Source: Eledone cirrhosa
Taxonomy: Eukaryota
Assembly: GCA_964016885.1 (NCBI GenBank)
Contig: OZ024741.1
Span: 313,658,001 to 313,722,000, forward strand
Reading direction: 5' to 3'
Length of the DNA: 64,000 bases
Shown here: positions 1 to 13,573 of the stretch, piece by piece
How the letters are laid out: every line of letters begins with the position of its first letter
Numbering within the stretch: the first letter of the stretch is position 1
Made by a program: the position numbers and the translations under genes
Notes under the pieces: generated by a model
Database searches by the model: none
What the model was told of the DNA's origin: nothing
Seen by the model: the letters and a program-made list of their open reading frames with translations, nothing else

Positions 1-710
1 CTTGGAGACACAAGATATGTAGTGGGATAGCCGGCAAACTAACAGGTAGGGAAAACTACGTATGCAATAGAGGTACAGGGAAAGTTGGCAGTAGTAATCG
101 CTGCGATAGACTCATTTTGCAAATGCAGGTGGGTTCTATAGAAGAGGTTGTTAGCTTCCGGTACCTAGGTGATGATATAAGCATGGGAGGAGGGTTTTTC
201 GCGTCCATAGTATCTAGAATAAGAACGGGTTGAAAGAAGTTTATGGAGCTACTTCCTCTGTTGACAAAAAAGTGTTTCTCCCTGCGTAGAAAATGAAGGT
301 TATATGATACGAGGATGCTGCATGGTAGTTAGAAATGGACACAACTGCTGGAGATTTGCGACGGCTGGAGAAAAATGAAGCAGGTATGCACAGTTGGAGG
401 GGCAATTTTAATGTGCGTCAACGACAAAGCATAGACGAGCTGAGTATAAGAGGGATAAGTTGTGGTGTGCAGGAGAGAAGTCTCAGATGATATGTACATA
501 TGATGTGCATGGAGGATGAGCGCTGGGTGAAGAAGTGCCAGGAAGTCCAAGTGGAGGGAAGACGCAGTGGAGGTGGACCACAAAAAACATGGCCGCAGCT
601 GGTTAAACTCACCGAGGAGATGACAAAGGACCGTGACAAGTGGGGAGATGCTGTGCTGAATAGGGCCCGTCCAACCATTGCAAGCAGGGAAAATAGGGCG
701 GAAAATGATA
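1..710 (+). mobile_element. Degenerate RTE-like LINE, 3' part
   Basis: MMCMEDERWVKKCQEVQVEGRRSGG-PQKTW matches the C-terminal LRWYGH...GRPRKTW block of RTE-type ORFs; many stops. Confidence 0.75.
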
Positions 711-1030
711 GTAAATAAAAATGAATGTGAAGAAAGTACAAATTGCCAAATATACTTTTCAGTTAACAAAATGCTTTAACTGAACAGTTTTAATAGTAAA
801 CAACATGCTAATACACCATCACTTGATACGCGGTAAATTTAAAAACCTAAATATTCCTTATCCAATGTGTGTCATTATTACGTGGCGATATCATTTTACT
901 CTCGATCTGTTTTGTTTCGTGGGAAAATTACCGGAGATTTTCCGATTGTTTAGATAATTCAATGAATCAGTATACCATTCATATTATAACTATGATATTC
1001 ATTATAATATTATAGATATATATGTGTGTG

Positions 1031-1062
<32 letters not shown>

Positions 1063-1541
1063 TGTATGTATGTATGTATGTATGTATGTATGTATGCATG
1101 TTCCGCTGGTTTTATAATTTCACAAAGTTTTATCAATAGAGAGAGAGTCGGTTTCTAACATAAACACAAGACTCTCTCATTGGAATTAACACAACACCAA
1201 CTAGGTATATATATATATATGCATGCATGTGTAGATATGGATGTTATTGTATGTGTGCATGTGTATATGCTTTGTATCTGTACATGTGCATATGTAGTTA
1301 TTAGAGGCAACATTGTTGGAATGTTTTATATATTTTTACTGTTCCATTAATGGATTCTACTTGTAGTTTCCTAACTAGTTGTTTATGTATGTATGTATGC
1401 ATGTATGTATGTATCATATATGTATGTGTGCGTGTATGTGTAAATGTATGCATTTATATATATACAGTATATAATATATATATATTTCGTTTCTGAATTT
1501 GTTTAGCAAGATACTTTATCTGAAAACGTGTGTTGAATCCG

Positions 1542-1659
1542 ATATTGTTATGCTTTCGGAGGGTCATGTTGCCAATAAGAAACACCAGTAAATTGAAGTG
1601 AAACTTCTGGTGCGTGTGTTTCTTATTGGCAACATGACCCTCCCAAAGCATAACAATAT
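1542..1659. repeat. Foldback hairpin, 44-bp arms with 1 mismatch (paralog 55828-55944)
   Basis: atattgttatgctttcggagggtcatgttgccaataagaaacac and its reverse complement 30 nt downstream. Confidence 0.9.
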
Positions 1660-1884
1660 ATATATATATATGCGTGTGTGCTTGTGCGTATGTGTGTGTC
1701 TGGTTTTATTTACATGTAAGAATGACGCAAACACATATCGTAGTAACTGGTAGAATATGATAATATTTGGAACGCTTATATATCATTTTTTTCTTATAAT
1801 ACTGCTTGTTTCTTCAATAATGTTTTTAACATTGCATTTAACTGAACTAAAAATCCATGTATGTTTTATAGAGAATCGTTATAA

Positions 1885-2518
1885 TCTATATATATAAAAC
1901 TGAGGATGTCTGTCTGTGTGTGTGTCTGTGAGATTGAATCAATAAAACTCGAGAAGTACCGAACCGATATTTTTACATGAGTTTTACTTATGTTTCAGGG
2001 AATGTTATGTACATAAAAAACAACTTTGTTGTTCCCCTAGGACCCGCATTAGGGGAAAAAGTGCATTTTATTTCAGATTTTAGGGGTATTTTGAGGCGTT
2101 AAGTTAGACCAATTTTCTTGAAATTGTAACTATGTATAAGTCGGTCTCTTCTTCATACCGGGAGCAAAGAAAATCCAATTTTTGTATTGCCTGGGGTCCG
2201 CATTAGGTGAGAAATTCATTTTTTCATTCTTTTAGGGCTTTTTTGAGGCGTTACGTCTCGCCGAATTTCTCGAAACTTCAAGGCATATTATGCACATGAG
2301 AACAATTCATTTTCTTGATCCCCTAGCGTCCACATTAGGTTAAAACCTGCATTTTTCCTGCTTCATCGAGGAAAATCTTAAAGATTATCCAGCCATCAGA
2401 GTATTCGGTTTATTTTCTTTACATATTGTCCAGGCATGCAGTTTTTCCAGGATCAAGGCTTTTGGCGACACGCGTTCCAAAATAACTTATCCCGTGCAAC
2501 GCCGGGTACCACTGCTAT
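1885..2518 (+). mobile_element. Non-autonomous Helitron
   Basis: 5' TC, subterminal hairpin cccgtgcaacgccggg, 3' CTAT (CTGG in paralogs), inserted at A^T of the empty site (ataa^tattcaataaat) with no TSD. Confidence 0.75.
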
Positions 2519-2654
2519 TATTCAATAAATATGCAGGTTCATTTCTTTATCACAAGAGAACTTTAATCATAAAATTTTGTATACAATTGTATCATTGATA
2601 TCTGTATGTAATTAATGATATATGCAACATTATCACATATAGTAATATTTTTAG

Positions 2655-2786
2655 AATGCCGAGCAGGAACGTGTGGTGCTTGTAATGGGACATGCCATTG
2701 TATCAACAGTATAAATTGTGACAAGTGAAATGGAACATGTTCAGATGAATGTTCTGCAGGTTATACTGTTATCAATTGCCAAGAAT
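2655..2786 (+). pseudogene. Dead EGF exon (class E)
   Basis: Acceptor intact; 3-nt deletion; CGA>TGA stop (GAC AAG TGA); donor reads GAAT|at instead of GAAG|gt. Confidence 0.85.
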
Positions 2787-2872
2787 ATATCTCATAAAAT
2801 TGTTACGTACTTACTACACACACGCACAAGCACATACCCCCACCCACCCCCACAAATATACATATATGTATA

Positions 2873-2959
<87 letters not shown>

Positions 2960-2960
<1 letters not shown>

Positions 2961-5430
2961 TATATATAGTTATACTTGAGGAGGGTCATATTGTTGTGAT
3001 AATTTTGCCAGAAATAATAACAGAACACACTCACTGTTTGGTTGGTTTTCGCTTTTGTATGTTTTATATCTCCATAGTTAATTTATTTGGCAATCAATGT
3101 TTATCATTGATTGACCAACGGTCAAAAATACAGATATAAATATTTATATATAGTTTAAAAAAGTTATTTCGTTGCACATCTGCAACATCATCAGTGGTAC
3201 TAATATGTAACCCTCCTATTGTATTAAAAGTCTACGCCATTTATACTTTATCTGTTTATTTATTTATTTTTATTTATTTTTGACTTCGTCCATGCGCATG
3301 CGTTTGCGTGTGTGTATATTGTTTGGTGTGTGAGTTCGCGTTTGGGTGACTATGTTTTGGTTATTGTATTCTATCTTAGTTTATTAGTGTGTCTTTATAT
3401 GTGTTTCTTCTTGTTGTGCTTGTGTATATATTCATTTATGTATTTATTTATTTACGTATTTATTTATTTATTTATATTTCTCTTATGTCAGTATTCTTTG
3501 TTTGGTTGTTGGTATTCCATTCATTTTTTGTTTAGCTTTGTCTTTTTAAACTGTGTTTCGCTTGCGTCTTTGATGTGCCTACTTGCTGGCTCATTTCTAT
3601 ATGTAGATAATATTTTAATTTCTATGTCTTACCGTCATGTTGTTGTCTGGACTATTCGTATTGTACTGAACGTTTATTTTGTTATTTTAATTCCCCCCAA
3701 TTTTGGTCTATATATTCTCCTATGCATCGAGCTCTCGCGACTATGTATGGTGTTGTCATATTTCTGCAAGTAGCCTCTGTACATCTTATGCTATAAACTA
3801 CATTTCTAGTTTTACAGTTTATCTGGGGGTTTAATTTACATATAGCACATTTCTTATTAGTACAGTAGGTTTTCTTAAAAGGGTCTGTTTTGATCATCCG
3901 GGATTGCATAGCAGTTCCTGATTTTACTAACCCTTTCATCTTTAAGTAGGTCATTCTCAGGGCCTTTTTGCATCGGGTAGCTAATTTCCCTCCAGGGGTA
4001 GCGTCCACGAGAATGACACTTTGGTATCTCTGGTTGTGGTACCATGAGGTGGTTTTACCTATTTTATGTTTAGTCCTATCTAAGATATTCCATGATTTGC
4101 TCCTGTATAATGGGCAAATTCCTTTCATCTGCAGTTCTATGAGGGTCTTATACATCTCAGTGGTTCCTTTGTATGCTCTGATTCTATCTCTTTGGTTGTA
4201 GCCAGAGAAATGCATGTGCTTTATGAAGTGTTGGATGTGTCTTTCCATTTCTGTTGGGTCGCACATGCGGGACACGTTCTTCATCACTCGTACCAAGTCA
4301 GCGATTAGAATATTAAACTTAGCACTACTGGACATCGCTGAGGTTTTGAATAACGGGTATTTGGAGGCCATGGGTTTAGCGTAGTATGAGTTGGGATTTT
4401 GGGCCTTCACGTATATAGTGTTAATCCAGAGTTCCGTATCTAATACAGGTAGTCTATTATTAGGGTGATTGGAAGGGTATTCAATAGTTACAGTTATACT
4501 CTGGTGTATGGAGTTAGCTATCTGCTGGATTCTTTATTCTAATATATATTCGTTAGTACTCTCTCGTGGCGGTGTACTTATTACTATATTAATATTGTCT
4601 ACGTAACGAGAGTACATGGACCTCTCTTGAAGGAGGTTTTGAGTCTCATTTCCCAGCAAACCATAAAAAGGTTGGCAACATCACCAGCTATGTTGATCTA
4701 AATGGTTGCTGCCTCATTTTGGGTGTAGATCTTTACGTTGAATAGGGTAGTTTTAATACTTGCCCCATTGCATGCGCGACAACTTTTCTTACCTGATCAT
4801 TGTTTTTGGGTGTTGGTATGGCTTTAGTCCACCAAATTCACCCTCCCATGGAAGTCTTTTTTGCCATTGAGGTTATGGTGGGTGGTCTACTTCTTATGGG
4901 TCTACTAGGGCAGAAACGGCTAAGAACACGGCTGTCTAGATACTTGGTGTCATAGGTAAGTCTAAGTAGGAGGCCCAATTCATCTGTGTCTACGTCGCAG
5001 ACCACAACCTCACTCTCACTGATTATCTCCACACAAGTTTCCACAGCAAAATCAATGTTAATGGATGGTTATAGAGATACAACGTCCATACTGCGTATTA
5101 TGCAGTTAGATAGGTTTTTGTTTTTGTTGCACTCATTGATTCTGGGGATATCTTGATTAAGGAGCGTATAACCACTGAGAGGAAGTAGGAGATCCTTTAG
5201 TTGCTAGCGATATTGGCTACGCATACAAGTCTTGTTGGTGGATCTGTCACCGGGTCGTCGAGTATCTTATGGTCTTTGAAGAGCACATATAGGGGTGGTA
5301 TGTCATTGTTAGACGCGTGTATGTTCATAGCAGTGGGTCTGCTTGGCTTTAGGATGTCGGTCCTCATCATCATGTTAGCGTTGACGATCTCCTCTCACCC
5401 ATCATGTGTTTGTTGTGTAATTTCGCCTGG
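2960..5430 (-). mobile_element. Penelope-like element family A (RT + GIY-YIG), degenerate
   Basis: YAKPMASK, LIADLVRVMKNVS, SGY thumb motifs, then C-x-C...RNVVYSIRC...PYI(G) endonuclease; hammerhead core near the end; abuts (TA)n. Confidence 0.82.
3150..3203 (-). ncRNA. Hammerhead-ribozyme core in Penelope A terminus (paralogs ~11830-11883, ~36978-37030, ~46065-46118)
   Basis: Minus strand: CTGATGA t GTTGCA gatg TGCAAC GAAA; perfect 6-bp stem II; stems I and III decayed. Confidence 0.6.
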
Positions 5431-6364
5431 AGATATATTTGTCTGTATGTGTGTCTGTGTGTGTGTGCGCGCACGTGTATGTGTGTGCGTGTGCGTGTGC
5501 GTGTGTGTGTGCGTGTGTGTGTTTATTTCAAAGTAAAAATGTCGTAAATTCATATCGTAGTAACTGATAAAATATGGTGTAAATTTGAAGGATTATATTT
5601 GTTTTTTCTTATGATATTGTTTGTTTCCTTCATTATGTTATATATATATATAATATATATATTATATGTATAGATATGTATATATGTATGTATGTATATA
5701 TGTGTATGTGTATGTGTATGTGTGTATGTATGCATTTATATATATATATATTTATATTTACATATATATATACAATATATATTATATATATGTAAAAGTT
5801 ATTCAGAAATAACAAGACAATCACTACAGTATATGGAAGGGATATATTAGTTTAATTTGATATAGTACGAATAGGGTCTCAGCATTTTGGACACTAGTCC
5901 TTAATTAGAAGAAAGAATGTGAAATAAATTAGATTGAGGGGAGGGTTGCGTTAGAATTGGAAAACATGTCCTGAGATAAAAATAACAGATTCATTTATGT
6001 TGAAATCTCTTGCAGTGTGTGTGCGTGTATGTGTGTGCGTGTGTGTTTATTTAAATGTAAGAATGTCGCAATTACATATCGTAGTAACTGGTAGAATATG
6101 GTAAGATTTGGAAGGATTATATATGTTTTTTTTTTCTTATAATATTGTTTGTTTCTTTCATAATATTTTTTAACCTTGCTTTTGACTGAAATAAAAATCC
6201 ATGTATAATTTTTAGAGGATCGATTTAATATTCAATAAATATCTAAGTTCATTTGTTTATCACAAGAAATATATAATCTGAAACTTTCGTATGAAATTGT
6301 ATCATTGATATCTGTATGTAATTAATGATATCATCATCATTCTCATATATATTGTTAGTTTTAG

Positions 6365-6499
6365 AATGCCCAGTAGGAACGTTTGGTGTTGCTTGTAAAG
6401 GGACTTGCCATTGTATCAACAATATTAACTGTGACAAGCGAAATGGAACATGTTCAGATGGATGTTCTGAAGGTTATATTGGTGTCAATTGCCAAGAAG
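6365..6499 (+). CDS. Internal exon, 135 nt, phase 1-1, one 8-Cys EGF/laminin-EGF module (class A) of a MEGF10/SCARF-like protein
   Basis: gttttag|AATGC...CAAGAAG|gtatat; open frame ECPVGTFGVACKGTCHCINNINCDKRNGTCSDGCSEGYIGVNCQE. Confidence 0.85.
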
Positions 6500-7621
6500 G
6501 TATATCATAAAATTGTTACTTGCATACTATGCACACACACACACAGACACGCACACACACATATCTATTCATATATATTTATTTATACATAAAAATTATA
6601 TATATACCGTATATGCCGGTGTAAAAGTTGATCCGCCGAGTATGTCGATGATTAGTGTACACACACACACATACAGACACACATATATATATATATATAT
6701 ATATACATACACACACACATTTATATATATATGTATATATACATTTATATTAAAAGTCGACCCATCAAAGTTGTGGTGTAATTCAGGTTGAGGCCTATAT
6801 ACGCCGGTTAGACGACACTCCAGGTATAAGGCATTACCATCTCCCAGCCGTTGATATGCTTGCTGTTGTTTATTAGCACAAAATATAAAATATGGATATA
6901 AAAACTAAATAGTTGTAAAATTAAAATGCATCTGAGGAGAGTACAATTTGTAAAATTTATTTTTCATTTAACAAAAAGATTTAACTGAACTGTTTTATTA
7001 GTAAACAACATGCTGCTACACCTTCACTTCATATGCCGTTTAGCACAAGACCACTTTAATCTTGAAATTTAATATAAAATTGTATATATATATACATATA
7101 TATATACACATACATTTATATATGTAGCGTATATGCCGGTGTAAAAGTTGATCCGCTGCATATCTCGACGCATCAAATGTTGTGGTATAAATCAGGTTTA
7201 GGCCTATATACGCCAGTTTAGACGATACCCCTGGTATAAGGGATTACCTTCTCCACAGACGTAGATATGTTTGCCGTTGTTTATTTGCATGAAATATAAA
7301 ACATTAAAATAAAGACTAAATAGTTGTAAGATAAAAATGCATAACAGGAAAGTACAGGTTGCAAAATGTATGTTTCAGTTAACAAAATGGTTTAACTGAA
7401 CTGTTTTATTAGAAAACAATATCCTACCACACGTGACTTGATACGCGGGAATTTAAAAAACCTCAATATTCCTTATCCAATGTGTATCATCTTAGATGTC
7501 GATAAATATCTACTGTCGTCCTGTTTTGTTTCGTCGTGAAATTACTGTAGTTTTCCGATAATTTAGATAATTCAGTGAATCAGTATACCATTAATATAAT
7601 AACTATAATATTAATACTATT

Positions 7622-8560
7622 AGGAATCGCTTATGAGGATAATGCAAGCTATTTACAGTGGTGCTGTCAGTAAAGTGACAATAGAAATGGAGTTTAGTGA
7701 GGAATTCCAGATACAAGTAGGTGTACATCAATGTTCGCTCCTCAGCCCAATCTTTTTCATTATAGACAGCCAAGCCATAACAGTGGAGTTTAAGACTGGC
7801 TGCCCATTGGAACTTCCATATGCTGATGATCTGGTTCTTATAGCAGATTCAGTAGAGGAGCTAGAGAATAAATTCTGGCTATGGAAACAGCAATTTGAAT
7901 CAAGAGGCCTGAGAGTGAACATAGCTAAAACAAAAGTGTTGATAAGTGGAAGAGAGGACAATGCTCTGATTCCCTCATGGAATTGGCCATGTTAGATATA
8001 TAGGAAAGGAACTGGCATCAATTCCATAAAGTGTACACAATGCTGATCTTGGAGACACAATATATGTAGTGGGATAGCAGGCAAACTAGCAGGTAGGGAA
8101 GACTTCGTATGCAATAGATGTACAGAGAAAGTTGACGGTAGTAATCACAGTGATAGACTCATTTTTCCAATGCAGGTGGGTTCTATAGAAGTGGTTGATA
8201 GCTTCCGGTACCCAGGTGATAACATACGCATGAGAGGAGGGTGTTTCGCGTCCATATTATCTAGAATAAGGACGGGTTGGAAGAAGTTTATGGAGTTTCG
8301 CCCTGTTTTGTTTCGTGGGGAAATTACAGTAGTTTTCCGATAATTTAGATAAATCAGTGAATCAGTATACCATTAACATAGTAACTATAATATTAATACA
8401 AATAGGACTGCTTCTGAGGACAATGCAAGCTATGTACAGGGGTGCGGTCAGTAAAGTAACAATCGAAATGGAGTTTAGTGAGGAATTCCAGATACACATA
8501 GGTATACATCAAGGTTCTCTCCTCAGCCCAAACTTGTTCGTTATAGTCCCCCAACCATAA
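7622..8560 (+). mobile_element. RTE-like LINE reverse-transcriptase fragment (partly duplicated)
   Basis: VGVHQCSLLSPIFF and YADDLVLIA RT motifs; start of fragment repeated at ~8404-8560. Confidence 0.8.
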
Positions 8561-8766
8561 CATAATATTATTAACATTGCATTTAATTGAACTAAAAATC
8601 CTAGTATTGTTTATAAAGGATCGATATAATATTCAATAAATCTACAACTTCATTTGTTTAGCACAATACCAGATTTAATCTTGAAATTTAATATAAAATG
8701 ATATCATTGATATATGTATGTAATTAATGATATCTTCAACATTATCATATATCTTGATAATTTTAG

Positions 8767-8901
8767 AATGCCCAGAAGGAAAGTTTGATCTTGATTGTAA
8801 TAGGACCTGCCATTGTATCAACAACGCGAACTGTGACAAGAGAAATGGAACATGTTTAGATGGATGTTCTGCTGGTTATACTGGTTACAATTGCCAAGAA
8901 G
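8767..8901 (+). CDS. EGF-module exon (class B)
   Basis: ttttag|...|gtatct; ECPEGKFDLDCNRTCHCINNANCDKRNGTCLDGCSAGYTGYNCQE, all 8 Cys present. Confidence 0.85.
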
Positions 8902-9030
8902 GTATCTCATATAATTTTTACGCAAGTATTATACACACGCACACGCACACACACACACACACATACACGCACACATACACACATATACACACACACACGC
9001 ACACACACACACACACACATACACGCACAC

Positions 9031-9086
<56 letters not shown>

Positions 9087-9113
9087 ACACACACACACAC
9101 ATATACCACACAC

Positions 9114-9158
<45 letters not shown>

Positions 9159-10036
9159 ACTACATATATATATATATATATATACCGTATATGCCGATGT
9201 AAAAGTTGATCCGCTGCATATTTCGACCTAATCAAATCATGTGGTAAAAATCAGGTTTAGGCCTATACACCCCAGTTTAGACGACAACATTGGTATAAGG
9301 GATTACCTTCTCCTCAGCCTTAGATATGTTTGCCGTTGTTTATTTGCATAAAACAGAAAACATTAAAATCAACACTAAATAGTTGTAAAATAAAAAATGC
9401 CTGTGAAGAATGTAAAAGTTGCAAAATTTATTTTTCAGTTAACAAAATGATTTAACTGAACTGATTTATTAGTAAACAATATCCTACGACACCGTGACTT
9501 AATACACGTGAATTTTAAAAACCTAAATATTCCTTATCCAATGTGTATCTGCTTAGGTTGGGAGATGCTGTGCTGAATAGAACCCGTCCAACTATTGCAA
9601 GCAGGGAAAAGCGGGCGAAAAATGATAATAAATAAAAATGCATGTGAAGAAAGTACAATTTGCCAAATTAACTTTTCAGTTAACAAAATGATTTAACTGA
9701 ACAGTTTTTTTAATAAACAACATGCTACCACACCATCACTTGATACAGGGTAGATTTAAAAAGCTAAATATTCCTTATCCAGTGTGTATCATTGTTACGT
9801 GGCGAGATGATTTTACATTCGACCTGTTTTGTTCCGTGGCGAAATTACCGGAGATTTTCCGATAGTTTAGATAATTCAGTGAATCAGTATACCATTCATA
9901 TTATAACTATGATATTCATGATAATATTATAGATATATATGTGTATATATATATATATATGTATGTATATATGTATTTATGTATGTATGTGTGTGTGTGT
10001 GTATGTGTGTATGTATACATTTATATATATATGGTG

Positions 10037-10077
<41 letters not shown>

Positions 10078-10276
10078 TGTGTGCGTGTGTGTGTTTTTAT
10101 TTACATGTAGGAATGTCGCAAACACATATCGTAGTAACTGGTAGAATATGATAATATTTGGAACGATTATATATCATTTTTTTTCTTATAATACTCTTTG
10201 TTTCTTTCATGATGTTTTAAACATTGCCGTTAACTGAACTAAAAATCCATGTATGTTTTATAGAGAATCGTTATAA

Positions 10277-10880
10277 TCAATATATATGAAACCTTGGATG
10301 TATATCTGTGTTTGTGTGTGTCTGTGAGTTTGAATCCCTAACACTCTAGAAGTACCGAACCGATTTTTTCAAAGTTTACATCTGTATTACGTATGTTTCA
10401 GGGAATGTTATGCACGTACAATTCAACTTTGTTCATCCCCTAGGACCCGCATTAGGTGAAAAAGTGTGTTTTATTTCAGATTTTAGGGGTATCTTGATGC
10501 TTTACGTCAGACCGAATTTCTTGAAATTGTAACTATGTATTATTCAGTCTCTTTTTATACCGGTAGCAAAGACAATCCAACTTTATTATTGCCTATGGCC
10601 CGCAGTAGGTGAGCAACTTCATTTTTTCAGGCATATTTTTCAAGGCATATTATGCACATGAAAACAATTCATTTTCTTGATTCCCTAAGGCCCACATTAG
10701 ATGAAAACCTGTATTTTTCCTCATTCATCGAGGAAAATCTCAAAGATTATCCAGCCATCAGAATATACGGTTTATTTTCTTTACATATTGTCCGGGCATG
10801 CAGTTTTTCCACGATTAAGTCTGTTGGTGGCCCGCGTTCTAAAATACCTTATCCCGTGCAACGCCCGCTACCACTGCTGG
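10277..10880 (+). mobile_element. Non-autonomous Helitron (paralog)
   Basis: TC...CTGG (CTRR), same site. Confidence 0.75.
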
Positions 10881-11005
10881 TATTCAATAAATATACACAT
10901 TCATTTTTTACCACAAGACCACTTTAAGCGTAACATTTTGTATAAAATTGTATCATTTATAATTAATGATATATGCAACAATATCACATATAGTGATATT
11001 TTCAG

Positions 11006-11140
11006 AATGCCGAGCAGGAAGGTTTGGTGTTGCTTGTAATGGGACATGCCATTGTATCAACAGCATAAACTGTGCCAAGCGAAATGGAACATGATCAGAT
11101 GGATGTTCTGCAGGTTATACTGTTGTCAATTGCCAAGAAG
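11006..11140 (+). pseudogene. Dead EGF exon (class F)
   Basis: ttcag acceptor; Cys TGT>TGA (GGA ACA TGA); donor GT>AT. Confidence 0.85.
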
Positions 11141-11298
11141 ATATCTCATAAACTTGTTGCGTACTTACTAAACACACACACACACATACACACAACTATA
11201 TACCCAACCCACACACACACATATACATGTATATATATATATATATATAAATGGAATAGAATGAAACGAAATTGCATTTCTCACTCTTAGTACGGCAC

Positions 11299-11392
11299 TG
11301 ACTTCGCCTTTCATCCTTACGTGGTCGATAAAATAAAGTACCAGTAATGTACTGGATAATTGCTGGCCTTGTGCCAAAAGTAGAAACAATTA
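11299..11392 (+). mobile_element. SINE 3' half (paralog at ~45529-45623)
   Basis: gcctttcatccttac...gccttgtgccaaaagtagaaacaattat. Confidence 0.7.
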
Positions 11393-11582
11393 TCTATGTA
11401 TACGTACATACATATATGTATACATACGTACAGAAGTATGTATATATATATACATACATTTGTACAAAGAAACAAACCGAGCATTATAATAAATGTTCGG
11501 TAAACCGATACGTGCATGTATATATGTGTGCATGTACGTATATATATACATATATGTATGTACGTATATATACATACATACA

Positions 11583-11639
<57 letters not shown>

Positions 11640-11641
<2 letters not shown>

Positions 11642-13320
11642 TATATATAGTTATACTTGAGGAGGGTCATATTGTTGTAATAACTTTGCCAGAAATAATA
11701 ACAGAACACATTCACGCTTTGGTTGGTGTTCGCTTTGTATGTTTTATATCTCCATAGTTAATTCATTCGGCAATCAATGTTTATCACTAATTCACTAACG
11801 GTCAAAAATACAGATATAAATACATATATATAGTCTAAAAAAGTTCTTTCGTTTCACATCTGCAACATCATCAGTGGTACTATTATGTATCACTCCTGCT
11901 GTATTACAAGTCTACGCCATTTATATTTTATCTTTTTATTTATTTTTTTTTTTTTATTTTTGTCTTCGTACCTGCGCATGCGTTTGTTTGGTGTGTTTGT
12001 TCGCGTTTGGGTAACTGTGTTTTGGTTATTGTATTCTATCTTAATTTATTAGTGTGTCTTTATATGTGTTTTTTGTTATTGTGCTTGTGTATTTATTCAT
12101 TTATTTATATATATTTTTATATTTCTCTTAAGTCAGTATTGTTTGTTTGGGTGTTGTTATTCCATTAATTTTTTTCTGTTTATCTTTCTCTTTTTAAGAT
12201 CTGTCGCGCTTGACTCTCTGATTTGCCTACCTGCTGGCTCATTTCTATTTTTTAGATATTATTTTAATTTCTATGTTGACTATGTTACCGTCATGTTGCT
12301 GTCTGGCATGTTCGTAGGTACTGAACCTGTTTTTTTGCTCTTTTAATTCCCCCCAGTGTTGGTCTATACTTTCTCCTATGCATCGAGCTGTCTCGCCTAT
12401 GTATGGTGTTGTGATGTTTCTGCAAGTAGCCTCTGTACATCTTATGCTATAGACTACATTTCTAGTTTTACAGTTTATCTGGGGATTTACTTTACATATA
12501 GTACACTTCTTATAAGTATAGTGGGTTTTGTTGAAAGTGTGTTTTGCTGATCAGGGATTTCATGGTAGTTACTGGTTTTTCTAACACTTTACTCATTAAG
12601 TGGGTCTTTCTCAGGACCATTCTACATTGGTTAGCTAATTTCCCTCCAGGGGTAGCGTGCACGTATATGACAATCTGGTATCTCGGGTTGTGGTACCATG
12701 AGGTGGCTTTGCCTATCTTTTGCTTAGTCCTATCTAAGCTATTCCATGATTTTCTCCTGTATAATGGGCAAATTACTTTCATGTCCAGTTCTATGAGGGT
12801 CTTATACTTCTCAGTGTTTACTTTGTATACTCGGATTCTGTCTCTTTGGTTGTAGCCAGAGAAATGCCTGCGCTTTATGAAGTGTTTGATGTGTCTTTCC
12901 ATTTATCTTGGGTCGCTCATGCTGGACACGTTCTTCATCACTCGTACCAAGTCTGCGATCAGAATATTAACCTTAGCACTACTGAACATTGCTGTGTATT
13001 TGAGTAACAGGTATTTGGAGGCCATGGGTTTAGCGTAGTGTGAGTGGGGAATTTGGGACCTATCGTATATAGTGTTAATCCAGAATTCCGTGTCTAATAC
13101 AGGTAGTCTATTATTAGGTTGATTGGAAGGGTATTCAATAGTTACAGTTATACTCTGGTGTATGGAGTTAGCTATCTGCTGGATTCTTTCCATTGTGCTA
13201 TATTCTAATTGCTATTCGTTACTATTCTCTTGTGGCAGTGTCCTTATTACTATATTTAATATTGTCTACGTAAGGAGAGTACAGGATGTGTTCTATGGAG
13301 CTCACTTCAAGGAGATTTTT
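11640..13320 (-). mobile_element. Penelope-like A, truncated by deletion
   Basis: RLPVLDTEFW, HSHYAKPMASK; joins cassette intron at ~13320. Confidence 0.8.
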
Positions 13321-13573
13321 GTATGTTTCAGTTAACAAAATGGTTCAACTGAACTGTTTTATTAGTAAACAATATCCTACCACACGTGACCTGATACGCG
13401 GGAATTGTAAAAATCTAAATATTCCTTATCCAATGTGTATCATCATAGATGGCGATATATATTTACTGTCGTCCTGTTTTGTTTCGTGGAGAAATTACAG
13501 TAGTTTTCCGATAATTTAGATAATTCAGTTAATCAGTATTCTATTAATATAATAACTATAATATTAATACTAA

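Noticed and set aside
1141-1178. gagagagtc...gactctctc 9-bp stem with GAAAC on the minus strand
   Set aside because: No CUGANGA core; probably a decayed repeat end; not supportable as a ribozyme.
6325-6510. 61-aa ORFs MISS(T/S)LSYIL..ECP...EGIS* looking like secreted Cys-rich peptides with a signal peptide (also 16348, 25290, 34237, 40191, 59005)
   Set aside because: The hydrophobic leader is the translated AT-rich acceptor tract. AG/GT bound the Cys module exactly, some copies run on into (CA)n, and the SINE at 30297 splits the leader. 5' RACE would settle it.
8860-9235. ORFs rich in HT, CV or YI dipeptides throughout the track
   Set aside because: Translations of (CA)n, (GT)n and (TA)n microsatellites.
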